A stretch of 64,000 nucleotides of DNA from Octopus sinensis. Taxonomy: Eukaryota. A program made the position numbers and the translations under genes. The DNA lies in the NCBI RefSeq assembly GCF_006345805.1, contig NC_043002.1, positions 23,870,001-23,934,000 on the forward strand. The letters run 5' to 3'. The notes beneath the pieces were generated by a model. It was not told the DNA's origin. It worked only from the letters and a program-made list of their open reading frames with translations, and searched no databases. Positions 26,261 to 40,335 of this stretch are shown here, piece by piece. Numbering within the stretch: the first letter of the stretch is position 1; each line of letters opens with the position of its first letter.

Positions 26261-26366
26261 AATATAATATTTTACTATAAAATTGGATTCAATCCTAAAT
26301 CTGATTTTTCCCTGTAAGTTTGGATTTATTCCCTAATATTTTATTATATGTATATATATATTATAT

Positions 26367-26410
<44 letters not shown>

Positions 26411-26538
26411 ATGTTCTTTTACATACGTGTTTATGATGATTTTTTGCATGCTTGTGTAATGTCCTTGTTATATGTATATGTGTGAAGGAAGTGTGTGAGT
26501 GTGTCTGTGATGTACTTCCTGTATGTATATGAGAGATG

Positions 26539-27002
26539 CTCTTTTACTCTTTTACTTGTTTCAATCATTTGACTGTGGCCATGCTGGAGCACCACCTTTT
26601 AGTCAAAGAAATGGACTTATTCTTTGTAAGCCTAGTACTTATTCTATCAGTCTCTTTTGCCAAACTGCTAAGTTATGGGGATGTAAACACACCAGCATCG
26701 GTTGTCAAGTGATGTTGGGGGACAAACACAGACACACAAACATACACACACATACATACATACATATATATACATACATACATACATACATACATACATA
26801 CATACATACATACATACATACATACATACATGCATGCATACGATGGGCTTCTTTCAGTTTCTGTACCAAATCCACTCACAAGGCTTTGGTCGGCCTGAGG
26901 CTATAGTAGAAGACACTTGCCCAAGGTGCCATGCAGTGGGACTGAACCTAGAACCATGTGGTTGGTAAGCAAGCTACTTACCACACAGCCACTCCTGCGC
27001 CT
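26539..27002 (-). mobile_element. SINE family B
   Basis: Full-length reverse copy with (CATA)n middle. Confidence 0.9.
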
Positions 27003-27550
27003 ACATTCTTTGTGTATGGGTGTGTGTGTGCAAGATGTTAAATGTCTGTGTGTGCTTATGTAAGTATAGTTATATCAGATCCTGTTTTATATGTGAATGT
27101 CTCTGTATATTCATCATGTATGAATATAATTGCGTATTCATGCTTTATGTATGGTGTCTATGCTTCATAAGCTGTGTGTGGTGTGTCATTATACATATAA
27201 TATGTGTGTGAGTTGGTGTATGTGTGGTTATGTGTGTATGTAGTATGTAATGCGGGCTATGTATGTTACGTGACATGATATAGTTTATGTATGTGATATT
27301 GTTTAGGACAAAGACTGTCTAGGTCATTGTTACTGTTTAGCCCTGTGTAGGTAGCATTGATTGAATGATAAAAGACATTTCAACCGTGACAACCCTATCA
27401 TTTTAATGTTATCTAAGACTACATTATCCAATGTATTTTTTCCTTATTCAAAATGATAGGATATGAATTGAGGGAGATTTGATTACTATTTTTAGCAGAG
27501 ACTGAGAGATCAGACAGAGGCTCCCTTACTAGCTGAATCCATAGGTCTGA

Positions 27551-27588
<38 letters not shown>

Positions 27589-27621
27589 ACGTGCGTATAG
27601 GTATGTGTGTGTATATACGTG

Positions 27622-27656
<35 letters not shown>

Positions 27657-27939
27657 ATGTGTGTGGTGTGTGTGTGTGTGGTGTGTGTGGCGTGTGTGTG
27701 TGTGTGTGCGTGTGTGTGTGTGTGTATGTATGTGTGTGTACGTGTGTGTGTGTAGGAACCACTTTGGCCAGCTGCTCTATAGTCAGTGCTTGGTTGGAGG
27801 ACAAAAGAAGTGGCTCAAAGACCAACTGAAAAATATTTTGAAAAAAAAGCAGCCCTTCAAAGATGGGAGACATGATTATCGACCATTTGTTTCAGTGGTC
27901 TCACAGTTGGAAGCATTTTGGAAACATGGAAACATGAGC

Positions 27940-28355
27940 ACAGGCACTGTGTGGCTAAGAAGCTTGCTTCTCAACTGCAAAGTTTCAGGTTCAATCCCAC
28001 TGCATAATAATTTAGATAAGTGTCTTCTATGATAGCTTGAGAACTATGTCTTGCGAGTAAATTTGGCAGATGGAAACTGTGTTGAATCCCATCATATACA
28101 TATAAATCTATGTATATGTTTATGTGTGTGTGTGAGTGTGTTAATGCTCATGTTTGTTCCTCACCTCTATTTGATGACCAGTGTTGGTTTGTTTACATTA
28201 CCCGTAACTCAGCTGTTCAGCAAAAAAAGGAACAATAGGGCAAGAGCCAGATTTTAAAAATAAGTAGTGGAGTTAGTCTGTTTGATGAAACCCTTCAAGG
28301 TAGTGCTCCAGCATGGCTACAGTCCAATGAGTGAAACAAGCAAACAGTAAAGGAA
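27940..28355 (+). mobile_element. SINE family B, diverged
   Basis: ctgtgtggctaagaagcttgc...ggttcaatcccactgc head; ccagcatggctacagtccaatgagtgaaacaag tail. Confidence 0.7.
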
Positions 28356-28426
28356 AAGAAGGAGGAGAATCTCACTCAGCAATGACAAAAGGAGTGAGAA
28401 AAGAGGTGAGGGGCTGAGATGTAATA

Positions 28427-28830
28427 CTCTTTACTCTTTTACTTGTTTCAGTCATTTGACCGCGGCCATGCTGGAGCACCGCCTTTAATCGAGCAACTCG
28501 ACCCCGGAACTTATTTTTTTTTTTTGTAAGCCCAGTACTTATGCTATCGGTCTCTTTTGCCGAACCGCTAAGTAACGGGGACATAAACACACCAGCATCG
28601 GTTGTCAAGCAATGCTAGGGGGACAAACACAGACACACAAACAAACACACATGCATATATATATATATACGACAGGCTTCTTTCAGTTTCTGTCTACCAA
28701 ATCCACTCACAAGGCATTGGTCGGCCCGGGGCTATAGCAGAAGACACTTGCCCAAGATGCCACGCAGTGGGACTGAACCAACCATGTGGTTGGTTAGCAA
28801 GCTACTTACCACACAGCCACTCCTGCGCCT
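28427..28830 (-). mobile_element. SINE family B, young-looking
   Basis: Full-length reverse copy ending ...cacagccactcctgcgcct. Confidence 0.9.
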
Positions 28831-29339
28831 AGCTTTTACCAACCAATTATTTATATGTTCTGTCTGTGACCAAACCTGGGTATCAAGAATCGAGATGTTG
28901 AAGTAATGAAAGGATCCAGACATGAAGGAGAAGACAGCCATCTTCATATTTGATGGATGACCGTTATCAAGTGTGCTGTACTTGTGATGTATGCATGTAA
29001 CATTGCGTGTGATGTTGTATGGGTGTGTATGCATTGTTTATGCATAACATACGCAGTGTGAGCATGTACACATGTATGTGTGTACACGCATGTATGTATG
29101 CATGTGTGTGTATGTATCAATGTATGTATGTATTTGAGTGCATGTGTGTATGTGTGTGTGAGTCAGTGTAGTGTAGTGTACATGAATAGTAAAGATATAG
29201 TATGTATGTGTGTGTGTGTGCGTGTGTATGTGTGTGAGTGTGTAGTGTAGTTTGCAAGAATAATAAGTATGTACTGTGTATGTGCATGTGTAAGATAGAT
29301 GTTCATGCTGGCAGTGTTTTTATGTGGTATTGCTTCTTC

Positions 29340-29353
29340 TGTTAGTGTAGTAA

Positions 29354-29385
<32 letters not shown>

Positions 29386-29386
29386 A

Positions 29387-29462
<76 letters not shown>

Positions 29463-29575
29463 TGTAGCTGTAGCAGTAGTAGTAGTAGTAGTAGTTGTTG
29501 CTGTTGTTGTTGTTGTTGTTGTTGTGTTGTTGTTGTTGTTACAATTGTTGTTGTTGTTGTTATTACAGCTGATGT
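29340..29575. repeat. Compound trinucleotide repeat (GTA)n(GCA)n(GTT)n
   Basis: Seen directly. Confidence 0.95.
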
Positions 29576-30040
29576 AGAAGTATCTCTCAGATTTCACACA
29601 AAACCATCCCATTGTCACAAGCAAGAAGGGACACAGCAGATAACACAGTGCCTAAATACACCTTAAAATTTGGGGTGGTCATGGAGGGAATATTTTTAAT
29701 CATAGGTTTATTGAAACTAAGTTCATCAGGTGAACTACAACAACAACCAGGAAATATGTGATTGGTTAGTGAAAAATAATCAGTAGATATTTTTCATAGA
29801 GATTCACTGTTCAGGACTTAAAGTATTTGGTCCTTAATTTAATGCTTTTCATACCAATATAACTAGTTCTATGAAGCAAACTTCTTGTTTTAAAAGATCC
29901 AAATGAGAACTTGCCATGAAAATTTCATTTTAATTTAGGTTTCAAACACTAGCTTGATGACGACAGTTATTTTGTCCAAAATTAATTGAAACAAAACAGC
30001 ATATTTCAACAAAAATATGATAAGAAAGGAGTTAAATACT

Positions 30041-30271
30041 TATTTCATTACTACCCACAAGGGGCAAAACACAGAGAGGACAAACAAGGACAGACAAATG
30101 GATTAAGTCGATTACATCGACCCCAGTGTTTAACTGGTATTTAATTTATCAACCCCGAAAGGATGAAAGGCAAAGTCGACCTCGGTGGAATTTGAACTCA
30201 GAACGTAACAGCAGACGAAATATAGCTATGCATTTCGCCCAACGGGCTAACGATTCTGCCTGCTCACCGCC
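30041..30271 (-). mobile_element. SINE family A with probable 15-bp TSD
   Basis: Reverse copy, flanked by aaggagttaaatact and aaggcgttaaatact. Confidence 0.85.
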
Positions 30272-31575
30272 TTAAAGGCGTTAAATACTGCTGAGAATTT
30301 ATAGAGAAAGGTTTCATTGTTATATAGAGCAGGAAAAGGAGCTACAAAGAGGCTTCTTTGATAGGTCGTACAGAACCCTTTTTAAAGACAAAGGATAATT
30401 GAACCATTGAGGTCTCCACTTACCAAAAATAGCAGCAAAAAATGCATCAAATCATGCCTTACTATCTTGAAAAAGGACAGGTTATGTTGGATAATAAAGT
30501 CAGGGATAAATTGTAAAAATTTAACACTGAAACATAGGTAGACAACTTTCCATTTTAGAAGAAACCAAGGAAAGCGCATGTATGTTAGTGGTTCTTAAAC
30601 AGATCACCTCAATGGTGATTAAGTCTATCATGGATTTTTAAAAATATAAATCAAAGCTTTATATATACCACATATGTGGGAAATTCTGTCTGTGGGTGTG
30701 TTTGTGGAGTTGTTATTTAACTCCTCCTACATCGTTTTAATGATTTTGATTAAACTTGACACGTGAGTAGAACTCATGTTTGAAAACCTCATGGTTTACT
30801 CAGATTGTTGAAAAAAGGTCAGTAATAGGGCCCCTGGAAGGGATCCTTAAATATATATATCTAATATATTTCATTTTACCAATCAAGGTAGCTAACCCAT
30901 TCGCCCAGATTTTAACAGCCAAGGGAAATAATTTATTCATTTTCCTAAATTATTTGGTATAAATCAAATTGAGTATGCTTATTTCTTAGTATTTGAACTA
31001 TTTCTTAGTATTTTTGCTATTTATCCAGTACAACCCTTAAACAAGTAAATAGTATTTTCCTAAACAATAGATCCACTTACTTTGGTTAGTGACTTATTCA
31101 CGAATATACCAACACTAGCACAGCTGAGGGTAATATTCTCTGGGAGTGTACAAAATCCCTTTTCAGAGTTATTTTCTTTGAAGTATTATTATCACATATC
31201 TGATTAGCCTGTTATTACGTAACATGCTTCACGATTTTAGTATTTTATTAGTATTTCCTCCTAAGTTCTATATACTCTGGGAAAACATTAAAGCCCTTTC
31301 CGGGGCTACTTTATTTGAATTCTTACTATTGGGTCACTAATTTTATAATTTTATCATTTTATAATTTCATAACTGACTTCACAATTTGAGTATTCATAAC
31401 TTATTGGGAATTCCAAAAAACAAGATTCTGCATAAGACAGTTTGGTATTCTCTGTAAATGCACAAAAAGGGCTACATACTTTGTATTGTTGTTATTGGAT
31501 TAGCAAAACAATTATGAGAATGGAACCAAGGGATAAGCCCAGCTTTCCAGGAAATTACTGGGTATGTCAGCTAGA

Positions 31576-31621
<46 letters not shown>

Positions 31622-32379
31622 TCCTCATTTAATGTCTGCCTCCTAAGATAGTCTGGGTTCAACAGTTTGACAAGAGCTGGCAAGCCTGAGGACTGCTCCA
31701 AGCTTTATTGCTTGCCTTGGCTTTTGAGAAGGATATACAGCTTTGGCTATATGTCCATCCTTCCAACCACTGTCCAGAGTGTACTAGGTGCTTTTTATAT
31801 GGTATCAACACTGCAAGATCATCAAATAACTTGCAAGGCAAGATTCCTCCATAGAGGGGTCATATTTTTATGTTAAAGTTTTAAACTTTGAAAATAAAGT
31901 GCTCAAGAAATTTCATTTTCTATTTCCAGCATTCCACAAAGTCAAAACTATTGAAAACCACTATTCTATGTTGTCATGCAATCTGCTAAAAATAGTAGTC
32001 AGATCTCTCTTACATCATACACTATTGATTTGCAAAAAGGATACATTAGATAATGTACTTTGAGATACACATTGTCAGAAAATAGATGAGATTTTTATGC
32101 TTAGAATGCTTTTTACATATAGATCTGCCATACATATTGGACAGTTTCAAGCAGATTGGGTGACTTTGTTGGCTTGTGTATGCAGGTGTGTCATGAGTTG
32201 GATCAATGATAGTTTATATTTCTGTTACATTATGAATACTATCATTTAAAACATCAATCTCTTTCTACTTCTCCCAGAGCACTAATACACACACCGCTTC
32301 CTTCTGAATAGTCAATTGGTGATGGGATTGTTATTGGTTTTGAAAAGGTGATCTGGCCAATAGAAGTGTATCTTGCTTC

Positions 32380-32386
32380 AACCAGC

Positions 32387-32417
<31 letters not shown>

Positions 32418-32548
32418 CAGCCGCCACCGCTGCCACCACCACCACCACCACAACCACTACCACTACCAACACTACCACCACCAACACTGCTACCACCATC
32501 ACCACCACCAACACCATCACCAGCAGCAGCAGCAGCAACAGCACCACC

Positions 32549-32580
<32 letters not shown>

Positions 32581-33310
32581 AACAACCACTACCATCACCG
32601 GCTGTAGCAAGCTACTCAGCTACCTGCACCACACCTTCACAGGTACCACACCACCATACCACTCATCACACACCCTCATCACACCACCACCACTCCTACG
32701 CTACCACACTGCCCTCCCCACCAGTATCATCACAATCATAATCACCTTTACTATTATCACTTCTGTTTCTACCAATGTCACTACCTACCACCCTACAAGC
32801 ACAACTACACCCACACGACCACAACCACCACTACCACCACCACCTCTACTTCTACATAATATTATTCACAACTGACCAAACATTGATCAGTCATCTATAG
32901 CAAAATGTCAACTGGATGTCTACAGTGGTGGAACTGGTGGAGGTGATGGCAGCAGTGATGGTGGTGGTGGTGGTGGTGAGGACGGTGATGGTGGAGGTGG
33001 TGGTGTTGATGGCAATAGTGTTGCTGTCGGTGAGGATGATGGTAGTGGTGGTAACGGTGTTGGTATTGGTATTGTTGGTGGTGGTGTAGGCTTTGGTTAT
33101 GGTGGTGGTGTTGGATGTGGTGGTGATGATGACACAGACGATGGTGGTGGTAGTGATGATGGTGGTAGTGGTGGTGGTAGTAATAGTGTTAGTGGTGATG
33201 GGGCTTGTGATGGTAGCAGTGGTGGTGTTGTTGTTGGTGGTGGCGGTGGTGTTGTTGTTGTTGTTGGTGGTGGTGGAGGTGGTGGTGGTGGTGATTGCTA
33301 GTGATGTTCT
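32380..33310. repeat. Degenerate (CAC/ACT)n tract followed by (GGT/GTT)n tract
   Basis: Strand polarity switches at about 32880-32930. Confidence 0.9.
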
Positions 33311-33549
33311 ATTCAGCATCAATCTAGAGAAATGTCAACTGCTTAAGGTCACTTGCTAACCTCTTCCCCCCTCATCTCTACCTTTTCCATCGTCACTTCC
33401 TCCTTCTCAGGGTCTATTGGGTCATATATTGTTACCACAACTACTACCACAACCACCACCACAACCAACCACCTCCACTAACAATCTCAATCATCACTCT
33501 TTTAATTCCCACCAACATCATAAATCTGTCTTGCCTATCATCAGTACCA

Positions 33550-33800
<251 letters not shown>

Positions 33801-33883
33801 CTACTTACCTACCTGCCAACTGATATGCACATATATTCACACATATATATGTGTACATATACAGAGATATATTGTATATATAG

Positions 33884-33926
<43 letters not shown>

Positions 33927-34489
33927 CGCACGTGTGTAAATATATAGGTATGTTTAAATGCAATTAAACTACATAGGTTTTGGCTTGAATTTTAATCACG
34001 TTAACGTATGTGTGTACACACTCACATATACATACATTCATACATACATACATACATACATACATACATACATACATACATACATACATACATACATACA
34101 TACTTGCATACATACATAATACATACATACATACATACATACATACATACATACATACATACTTGCATACATATGTATGTATATATAATTACAAATGTAC
34201 ACATACCCAGACACATCTGTCTATCTATTTATCTAGAGACAGACAGATAGGCAAAGAGGCAGACAGGCAAACAAGCAGGCAAATACGTATCGGTCAAATG
34301 ATCACTGTGATCTGCAATACAAAAGAAATGATACAAGCAGAAGAAGGATACTCTGTGTTTATTGACTTCTTACAATATAGCTAGATGTTTAGATATGGGA
34401 CAACTCTCGTTGCTCCAGAGAAGACTTTCTCTGAGGAAACGAAAGTATGACATCTGGTCACGTTTTAAGAAGAAAATAAAGGCTATGTA

Positions 34490-35779
34490 CGAGGGACGTT
34501 CAATAAGTAATGCCTCTGACCCACTTGCAGTTGTTTGATCTAGCTGAAATTTTGCATGTGCAATCATTTATATCTCTATAGAGTAAGTGGCAAATTACAG
34601 CTCTGAATTAATTGTGGTTTCTGATTTACAGGTGTTTGAAACGAGTCAATTGTGAAATGGAGCCTGTTGAGTGTCGAGCAGTGATCCGGTTTTTGTATTT
34701 GAAAGGACGCACACCACGGGAGACTTTTGATGAAATGAAAGTAACTTATGGTGATGATGCCCCATCATATGACCTTGTAAAACGCTGGCATCGTGAATTC
34801 AAACATGGTCGGAACTCTGTGGAAACAGCTCCCAGATCTGGTCGCCCCCTTCTGCCATTGATGAGGCATCTGTCCGTCAAGTTGAGGCTGCCATTTTGGA
34901 AGATCGACGCATAATTATTCGCCAAATAGCCCATGAGGTCAAGATTAGTACCGGGTCTGTGGAAACTATCATTCATGACCATTTGCATATGCAAAAGGTG
35001 TCTGCCAGATGGATTCCCAGGTTGCTCACGCCTTTCCAGAAGCAAGAACGCGTCGAGTGCTCGAGGGTGAATTTGGAGATGTGCCAAGAAGATGAGTCAA
35101 AATTTTTCAAAAGACTGATAACACAGGATGAAACCTGGGTCCATCACGATGATCCAGAGACCAAAGCCCAGTCAATGCAGTGGAAGCACCGTGACTCACC
35201 CCCTCCAAAGAAGGCAAGGGTGCAGCCCTCCGCTGGCAAGGTCATGCTCACAGTCTTCTGGGACCAGGACGGAGTAGTGATGACAGATTTCCTGGCAAAG
35301 GGTACCACAATTGCAGGAGCCTATTATGCTTCACTTTTGAGGAAATTAAGAGAAGTTATCAAAATCAAGAGGCGGGGCAAGATCAGCAAAGGCATCCTCC
35401 TCCTGCAGGACAACGCTCCGGTCCACAACTCGCTTGTCGCCAGATCAGAAGCACAGGCGTATGGCTATGAACTCCTCCCCATCCCCCTACTTTCCTGACC
35501 TTGCACCCTCTGATTTTCCCCTCTTCCCAATCATGAAGTTGTTTTTGAAAGGAAAGCGTTTTCCAGATGATGCAGCCTTGATTTCTGAAGTCATGTTGAG
35601 GTTGGAGGACCAAGCTGGGTTCTTCTACAAAAACGGTCTCCAGAGCCGCATCAAACGATGGGAGAAATGCGTAACTCTGGGTGGTTCCTATGTAGAAAAA
35701 GACTAATAACTGTGCCAAGTTTCGTTGCTCTACTGCTATGGGAGGTGGGTCAGGGGCATTACTTATTGAACGCCCCTCG
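34490..35779 (+). mobile_element. Full-length mariner DNA transposon (1290 bp) with TIRs and TA TSD
   Basis: TA|cgagggacgttcaataagtaatgcc...ggcattacttattgaacgcccctcg|TA. Confidence 0.95.
34657..35706 (+). pseudogene. Mariner DD34D-type transposase with two frameshifts
   Basis: MEPVECRAVIRFL HTH, WIPRLL, ITQDETW, LLQDNAPVH and PDLAPSDF are split across three ORFs. Confidence 0.9.
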
Positions 35780-36172
35780 TATACGCGTAATTAGTAAACA
35801 AATGAAAGCAAGTAATTTGCAGTTTTAAGTATTTAATAACAACTTAACTTAACTGCTGCATATTACACGATGTTCCATGGGTGCAGATCATGTTTACATC
35901 ATCAGTTGTATGGTGGTTATATATGACTGTGTGGTAGGAAGCTTACTTCTCAACCTCATGATTCCGGGTTCAGTCCCACTGAGTGGCATCTTGGGCAAGT
36001 GTCTTCTGCTATAGCCTCGGGCCGACCAAAGCCTTGTGAGTGGATTTGGTAGACAGAAACTGAAAGAAACCTGTCGTACATACATACATACATACATACA
36101 TACATACATACATACATACATACATACATACATACATACATACGTACGTATTTGTATGTGTGTGTCTGTGAA

Positions 36173-36446
36173 GGCGCATGGCTTAGTGGTTAGGACATTC
36201 GACTCACAAATCCCGGCGAAACGTTGTGTCCTTGAGCAAGATACTTTATTTCACGTTGCTCCAGTGCATTCAGCTGGCAAAAATGAGTTGTACCTGTACT
36301 TCAAAGGGCCAGCCTTGTCACACTCTGTGTAATGCTGAATCTCCCTGAGAACTACGGTAGGGGTACACGTGTCTGTGGATTGCTCAACCACTTGCACGTT
36401 AATTTCACAAGCAAGCTGTTCCGTTGATCGTAACCGACGGAGTGCT

Positions 36447-36448
<2 letters not shown>
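36173..36448 (+). mobile_element. tRNA-derived SINE family D
   Basis: ggcgcatggcttagtggttagg A-box head, then gttgtgtccttgagcaag core. Confidence 0.75.
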
Positions 36449-36478
<30 letters not shown>

Positions 36479-36479
<1 letters not shown>

Positions 36480-37670
36480 TAGCATTAAAGACCCGTCGTT
36501 GCCGGGTCATAGTGCTAGTGCATGTATATATGTGTATATATATGTGTACATATTACATGTACATCTATATATATACATCTACACATAAAATACAAAATAC
36601 AAAGTTATATCTTGATATCGCTAGTGATAACAATACTCAAAATATATAACAGACTGGAATTGTTAGCCCGTCTCTTGTAATTTCGATCAATTGTATCTTG
36701 TCCTCCCTCTTGTATAGAAGTGTGGCTACAATCCAGCCTACCTCTACTTCAGGGGGTGGGGGCATTTAGAATTTTTTTCCCGGACGTCCTATGTCCCACA
36801 TATAAAGGTAAAAATAAAATATTTCCACTTTGCAAGTTCGAGTCGAGTACTCCCTTGCACGCTCCGTTGACTCGAACCTTGCTTCTATTGTGGCGAATTT
36901 ACCGCCTCTGATTAGATACCTTTCATAGTCGCACCAAAACACTTTACGAAGGTGCTTTCCTCATTGTGTTAAAATCTTCTTTTTTCTCTACATTGTATAC
37001 TTTATAGACAATAGTCTTTTCTTTAATTTAATTTTTTATTATCCATCTGGACTATTCCATTTCTGCACGCTAATTTTATTTTTAATTTATTCCCATTCAT
37101 GTGAAACCACTTATTCAAGTTCAAGTCATTGATGCAATTTTATACCAATTGCTATTTTTACTTTTGTTATGTTACGATTATATTATACTTTAGTTTGATT
37201 TTAATTATTACTTACTACATATAATTCAATTGTTATCATTATTTTTATTAAAGTGAAAGTATCTGACATAAAATAGAGAAACGTTTTTTTTTTTACTTTT
37301 AACACGTAATACTGAAATAGTGGAGAAGATATGATATTGCTATGGGCTCGTTCTAGGCAAGAAGTTGAACATTTTTTTTTTTGCCCATGAAACTACATTG
37401 ACCCTAAGTAAGGCATGTGTAAAATTTGAATGGAATTGGTTGTGTAGTTCTCAACTTTTAGGGAATCGTAGTGGAGAAGATATGATATTGCTGTGGGCTC
37501 ACCCTAGGCAAAAAATTCAAATTTTTTTTTTGCCGATGACACTCCCCGGACCCTAAGTAAGGCATGCGTAAAATTTGAATGAAATTGGTTGTGTAGTTCT
37601 CAAGTTTTAGGGAAACACACAGACAGACAGACAGACACATATTCTCAGTTTTATATATATAAAGAAAAGA
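36479..37670 (-). mobile_element. Complete non-autonomous Helitron (about 1.2 kb)
   Basis: Minus-strand 5' end A|TCTTTTCTTTATATATATAAAA with (GTCT)n; 3' hairpin gacccggcaacgacgggtc + CTAG|T; internal 151-bp duplication (37320/37471). Confidence 0.85.
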
Positions 37671-37688
37671 TATATATATGTATGTATG

Positions 37689-37722
<34 letters not shown>

Positions 37723-38014
37723 TGTATTTATGTATGTATGTATGTATGTATATGTATATATACACACACACACACATATATGTATATATCTATGTATCTG
37801 TGTCTTGACAACCGATGTTGGTGTGTTTATGTCCCCGTAACTCGGCGGTTTAGCAAAAGAGCCTGCCAGAATAAGTAGAAGGCTTGAAAAAATAAGTCCT
37901 AGAGTTGATTTGATCGACTAAAACCCTTCTAGGCAGCACTTCAGCATGACCGCAGTCAAATGACTGAAACAAATAAAAGAAGATATATATATATATATAT
38001 ATATAATATATATA

Positions 38015-38062
<48 letters not shown>

Positions 38063-38083
38063 GTGTGTGTATGTGTGTGTGTG

Positions 38084-38173
<90 letters not shown>

Positions 38174-39059
38174 ATGAAAAAGTATACTCAATACACAGTG
38201 GAAAATTTATAAATATTAAGAATCAGTTTATAATTCATTCCATTACTACTCAGAGTTTCGTGCATGATCGATCAGGTAACACTTAGAGAATGTATGAAGC
38301 TGCATGTTTGCAAGACAGCAAACAAACTAATTCTAATTGGTCGGGTGAGGGAGTTATGTGATTGAATAAGTGACAGACAAAAATGGACTGCTATGGTGTA
38401 AGGGAAAACATCCAGTCCTGACCACTGACAAAGGATAGCTACTCCGGAATGCTTTTGAATCAGTGAGTTATCAGTTTGAACTGATTGGGTATGAACCTTT
38501 ATAAATTTGGAAGCTACCGAAAATGAATTTCTTCCTGGATGACGGCAACTGGATAATAAAATTTTGAGCATCTGGTTAACTAATGCCACAAGCTGATTTA
38601 ACACAGGAGAACTTGTATGAATTTGTCGACGATGCTCTATGTTATTTGACTACTTTCTAAACCTTGAGTTTCCAGATGGATTATACAAAGGTGTCGAATG
38701 CTTTACAATTTCTTGACCTGAATGCGTGTAAATGCGGGTAACACAATTTTTTAATATGTTTGTAGGGAGTCCCGTATTATTCCTTCCTATACCAAGTGTA
38801 GTTGTTATCTATATTTTGCTACAGCTGTAGAAAGATAAGATCTTGCAATTACAAGGCGAGAAGATCCAGTTTCCCACAATTAAAGTTCTAGACAGCCGGA
38901 CAATAGCGAATACTATACTCTATATAATGCCAAAACGATTCCACCTGGGTTGGAAAAGAGAGTAATCTTTTGTTTGACCTCTCATGTAGGGTTTCGATAG
39001 AGCTCAGATAGCCAAACCTCAGGGGATTATTCATTCTTAACACCCTTAGAAAGCGCACG

Positions 39060-39545
39060 ACACTACATAATTCTGAAATATACAGAGATGATGACTTAGC
39101 GATCTTATATACCAATGGATAGACCTGCTCTGTGTAGATTTAGAAAGGGCTGAATAAGAATATTCAGAGCTTGATTTAAACATAATAATCAGTACCAAAC
39201 TTAAAGGTGCTTAACTTCTTAGACATCATACTACATTTTGAAGACAGGTAAATGTTAATCCCAGAAAATGTCAAACGAAGACGTCATCAACTCGCTCACA
39301 AACTCCTGCTATCTCTGCCATAATCAGAAGTTTTGTAGCTGAATAAGCAGAGGAGTATTTGATCTATCCTCCGACAGAGATGTCTTTAACAAGTTTTCTC
39401 TCTATTATAATGATGAGCTAGCTAGAAGTGGCTTTACAAAGTAACTAGTATTCAAGGAGTACCTTATCGCTCCTCACATACAGTTGAAAAACTAAGAGAA
39501 CGGCATCCTTGTATAATCCATCACGCAACCTAAATGTGTTAGTTA
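39060..39545 (+). mobile_element. Penelope-like RT relic
   Basis: IYRDDDLAI, NFLDIIL, ISRGVFDLSSDRDVFNK...YYNDELARSGF, LYNPS. Confidence 0.7.
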
Positions 39546-39574
39546 TTATAACCAGGAATGCTCTTCATCTTTTA

Positions 39575-39807
39575 TCTTTCATCTTTTATCTTTTATCATT
39601 TACTTGTTTCAGTCATCAGACAGTGGTCATGCTGGGGCACCACATTGAAGAGTTTTAGCCGAACGAATCGACCATAGTGCTTGTTTCTTAAGATGGTTCT
39701 TATTCTGTCGGTCTGAACAGTTTGCTGAACTGTTAAGTTGCATGGACATAAACACACCAACACCGGTTGTCAAGTGGTGGTGGTGGTGGTGGTGGTGGTG
39801 GTGGTGT

Positions 39808-39896
<89 letters not shown>

Positions 39897-40050
39897 ATAC
39901 ATATAACGGGCTTCTTTCAGTTTCGGTTTACCCATTCCAGTCGCAAGGCAGTGATCGACCCGATGCTACAGTAAAAGACACTTGTCCAAGGTGCCACGCA
40001 GTGAGGCTGAACCCGAAACAATGTGGTTGGGAAGCAAGCCTCTTACAACA
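39575..40050 (-). mobile_element. SINE family B, diverged, with expanded (GGT)n/(CA)n middle
   Basis: tacttgtttcagtcat...acacttgtccaaggtgccacgcagtg. Confidence 0.75.
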
Positions 40051-40303
40051 CAACCACGCCAGTGAAACAATATCTTTCTTCGACACTCAGACACAATCAA
40101 CTTTTCAATGCTTAAGATTAGGTTTCTTTTTCTGGATAACAGCATTTCTCAAATTACAATAACCAAAAACACACACCTGGACGGTATTCCCACTCTAACA
40201 GCCAGCGTGTAACTTGAGAAATCTCTGATCTGTCCAGCATGGCCGTAGTCAAATGACTGATACAAGTAAAAGAATAAAAGAACACCCACACACACACGTG
40301 CAT

Positions 40304-40335
<32 letters not shown>

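Larger units (their letters stand above)
35925..37982 (+). mobile_element. SINE family B split by two later insertions
   Basis: 5' half at 35925-36075 and 3' half at 37800-37982, both on +. Confidence 0.7.

Noticed and set aside
29163-33359. Thr/Val/Pro-rich mucin-like ORFs
   Set aside because: Pure trinucleotide repeats open on both strands, with no signal peptide or splice context.
38290-38850. Possible very old CR1/L2 RT on the minus strand (KAFDT, SGV-like)
   Set aside because: Too few residues match to support as a feature.
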